DNA of 64,000 nucleotides. Source: Caldisericia bacterium (GTDB lineage: Bacteria > Caldisericota > Caldisericia > B22-G15). Shown one piece after another: positions 61,902-64,000 of this stretch. The position numbers were made by a program, and so were the translations under genes. The notes beneath the pieces are model-generated. The model did not search any database and was not told the origin of the DNA. It saw nothing but the letters and a program-made list of their open reading frames with translations. Position 1 is the stretch's first letter; each line of letters starts with the position of its first letter. The DNA lies in the NCBI GenBank assembly GCA_030018355.1, contig JASEFN010000004.1:152291-216290 (forward strand), written 5' to 3'.

Positions 61902-62990
61902 ATGGAAATATTTGATTTATCAACTCCAAACATTTTAATTGATTATGATAAACTTTTAAGAAACATTGAGGAGATGGCAAATTTTGCAAAAAAACACAAT
62001 AAAAAATTGAGACCAATGATAAAAACTCACAAATCAATTGAAATTGCAAAAATACAAAAAAGTTTTGGAATATCTGGTATTCAATGTGCAAAACTATCTG
62101 AAGCAGAGATTTTTGCAGATGCAGGCTTTGACGATATTTTTATATCAAGTGAAATTATTGATATTGAAAAATTAAGAAGGGCAAAAAAATTAAATAAAAA
62201 AATTAAAAAATTGATTTTATCTGTTGATTCTATTGAAGGAATAAAAAGAGTGGCTGAAGTTTTTCAAGATGAAGAGGTGTATTTAAGAGTTGAAATTGAT
62301 TCAGGGCATCACAGATGTGGAATTAAACCTCAAGATATACTTGTTTTGTATAAAGAAATTGAAAAATATCAAAATTTAAAATTTGAGGGTATATTTACTC
62401 ATGGAGGTCAAGTTTATTCATCTAAAAATAGAGAAGATAGAGAGAGGTTATCTTATGAAGAAGCAAATGAAGTTTTAAAAGCAAAAAGAATTCTTGAGGA
62501 GAATAATATTAAATGTGAAGTTGTAAGTATAGGATCAACTCCTTCTGTTTTTTATAGTGGAAAAATTGATGGAATAACAGAAATAAGGCCTGGAAATTAT
62601 GTTTTTTATGATTTCAAACAGGTAAATCTTGGAGTTCAAGATATAGAAAGATGCGCTTTATTAATTTTATCTCAAGTGATTAGTAAACAAGAAAATAGAG
62701 CATATATTGATGCAGGATCAAAAGTTTTTGGTCTTGATTTTTTAGAAATAGATCATCAAAAAATTTATGGATATATTTTAGATTCACCAAAATCAAAACT
62801 TTTTGCTCTTTCTGAAGAACATGGATGGATTATAATTAGTGAAGATTCAAAAATAAATATTGGAGATAAAATTAAAATAATTCCAGTTCACTCTTGTATT
62901 ACAATGAGTAATTTTGATCACTTTTATATGGTTAAAGGGAGTGAGGTTATTGGAAAATATAAAGTTGATGCAAGAGGAAAATTTGAGTAA
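61902..62990 (+). CDS. Alanine-racemase-domain (fold-type III PLP) enzyme of the D-threonine aldolase / D-serine dehydratase (DSD1) family.
   Basis: N-terminal PLP-lysine motif LRPMIKTHKS (compare RPHxKTHK of the DSD1 family). It is 362 aa. Confidence 0.55.
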   Translation: MEIFDLSTPNILIDYDKLLRNIEEMANFAKKHNKKLRPMIKTHKSIEIAKIQKSFGISGIQCAKLSEAEIFADAGFDDIFISSEIIDIEKLRRAKKLNKKIKKLILSVDSIEGIKRVAEVFQDEEVYLRVEIDSGHHRCGIKPQDILVLYKEIEKYQNLKFEGIFTHGGQVYSSKNREDRERLSYEEANEVLKAKRILEENNIKCEVVSIGSTPSVFYSGKIDGITEIRPGNYVFYDFKQVNLGVQDIERCALLILSQVISKQENRAYIDAGSKVFGLDFLEIDHQKIYGYILDSPKSKLFALSEEHGWIIISEDSKINIGDKIKIIPVHSCITMSNFDHFYMVKGSEVIGKYKVDARGKFE

Positions 62991-63082
62991 ATATTTATTT
63001 TAAGTGATAAAATAAATTTAAAATAAATTATTTTAGGGATAAAGAAAATCATTTTTCTTTTTTCCCTTAAGGAGGAAATAAC

Positions 63083-63985
63083 ATGAATGAAAATTTTAAG
63101 AGTAAAAGTTTAAAAAATATTGGTATTGAAGTTGAAATTCCAGAAAGTTATGACTTCATTGAAACAGAATCATTAAATTATATTCTTGATTCGCTTAAAA
63201 ATTATCCAAAAGCACTTGAAATGTTTAATCTTCTTGTAAATGATCCAGAATTAAGGGCTGATTGGGATCTTGCAAATTTTATTGCAGTTAAAAAATTAAA
63301 ATATAATGACCATGGAGAGGTTCATGCAAAAATTGTTTGTGCATCAGCATTAAAAATGCTTGATATACTCCTTGAAAGAGGTATAATACCAGATTTTATT
63401 AAAGAAGGTGGAGGAGATGAAGATGATGAACATTTAATTGTTACTTCTGCTTCTCTTCTTCATGATATTGGAAATCAAATTTATAGAGAAAATCATCCTC
63501 TTCATTCATCTTATCTTGCAATACCAATTCTTGAAAGGCTTCTTCCAAAAATTTATACAGATCTTGAAAATAGGACTGAAGTTAGAGGGTTTATTTTAAA
63601 TTCAATTTATGCTCATGATGCAGATATACCAGATTTAATTATTGAAGCAGCACTTGTTGGAATTGGTGATGCAACTGATATGACAAAGGGAAGAGGAAGA
63701 ATGGCTTATGATCTTGGAAGTTTATCAATTCACACAATCTCTGCCCTATCAATTGAAAGAGTTTTAATTTTAAAAGGAGAAGATAAACCTATTGAGATTT
63801 TAATTGAAATGAGTAATTCATCTGGAATATTTCAAGTTCAAGAGATACTTGGAAAAAAGATAATTGGTGGTCCACTTGAAGATTTAATAACCCTTAAAGC
63901 AGAAGTTACTCCAACAGAGGGAGATTATGATAAAAGAATAGTTAGAGCAATTACACTTAAAGGAAGAAAATTCGTTACATTTTAA
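63083..63985 (+). CDS. HD-domain metal-dependent phosphohydrolase.
   Basis: H...HD motif LLHDIGN, with additional His/Asp residues downstream (AHDAD). It is 300 aa. Confidence 0.55.
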   Translation: MNENFKSKSLKNIGIEVEIPESYDFIETESLNYILDSLKNYPKALEMFNLLVNDPELRADWDLANFIAVKKLKYNDHGEVHAKIVCASALKMLDILLERGIIPDFIKEGGGDEDDEHLIVTSASLLHDIGNQIYRENHPLHSSYLAIPILERLLPKIYTDLENRTEVRGFILNSIYAHDADIPDLIIEAALVGIGDATDMTKGRGRMAYDLGSLSIHTISALSIERVLILKGEDKPIEILIEMSNSSGIFQVQEILGKKIIGGPLEDLITLKAEVTPTEGDYDKRIVRAITLKGRKFVTF

Positions 63986-64000
63986 ATTTATTCAATCTTA

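Overview
This is an AT-rich bacterial chromosomal segment. Bacterial-type MetK, Def/Fmt, FtsH, TilS and GlnA are present, and a tilS-hpt-ftsH operon is intact. The left and right flanks are ordinary housekeeping genes. These include larC-larB-larE (nickel-pincer cofactor biosynthesis), pckG (GTP-dependent PEPCK), FMN and SAM-I riboswitches, metK, priA-def-fmt, glnA, an ABC-2 exporter, tilS-hpt-ftsH, a tRNA(CAT) and several radical-SAM enzymes.

The centre of the window, roughly 5.0-36.2 kb, is a defence island with three parts:
- A three-gene operon of a DUF1156 Zn-ribbon amino-methyltransferase, a DUF499 P-loop ATPase, and an SNF2 helicase with a C-terminal PD-(D/E)xK (DUF3883-like) domain. 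This is an RM-like module of the kind described as helicase/methylase/ATPase ('Hma'-like).
- A complete type I-B CRISPR-Cas locus in canonical order (cas6-cas8b-cas7-cas5-cas3-cas4-cas1-cas2), followed by its leader and a 106-repeat array. The 30-bp repeat is GTTTCAATCCCTCATAGGCGAGCTAAAAAC on the + strand. The array is transcribed on the - strand, which gives a crRNA repeat ending in ...ATTGAAAC.
- An uncharacterised three-gene operon sitting directly upstream of cas6 on the same strand. It encodes a 206-aa protein, a 655-aa Arch_ATPase-like P-loop NTPase, and an HTH-WYL-WCX regulator. This is the best candidate for an undescribed Cas-associated or defence module.

Other observations outside the gene calls:
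- A 33-bp palindrome (ATGTTACAAWGGTGTCWGRCACCWTTGTAACAT) recurs five times in promoter-proximal intergenic sites.
- Four pairs of spacers target variant copies of the same protospacers.
- A degenerate orphan repeat lies about 790 bp beyond the array.
- The PriA homologue has lost all of its ATPase motifs.
- A hyper-acidic 102-aa protein is encoded directly upstream of larE.
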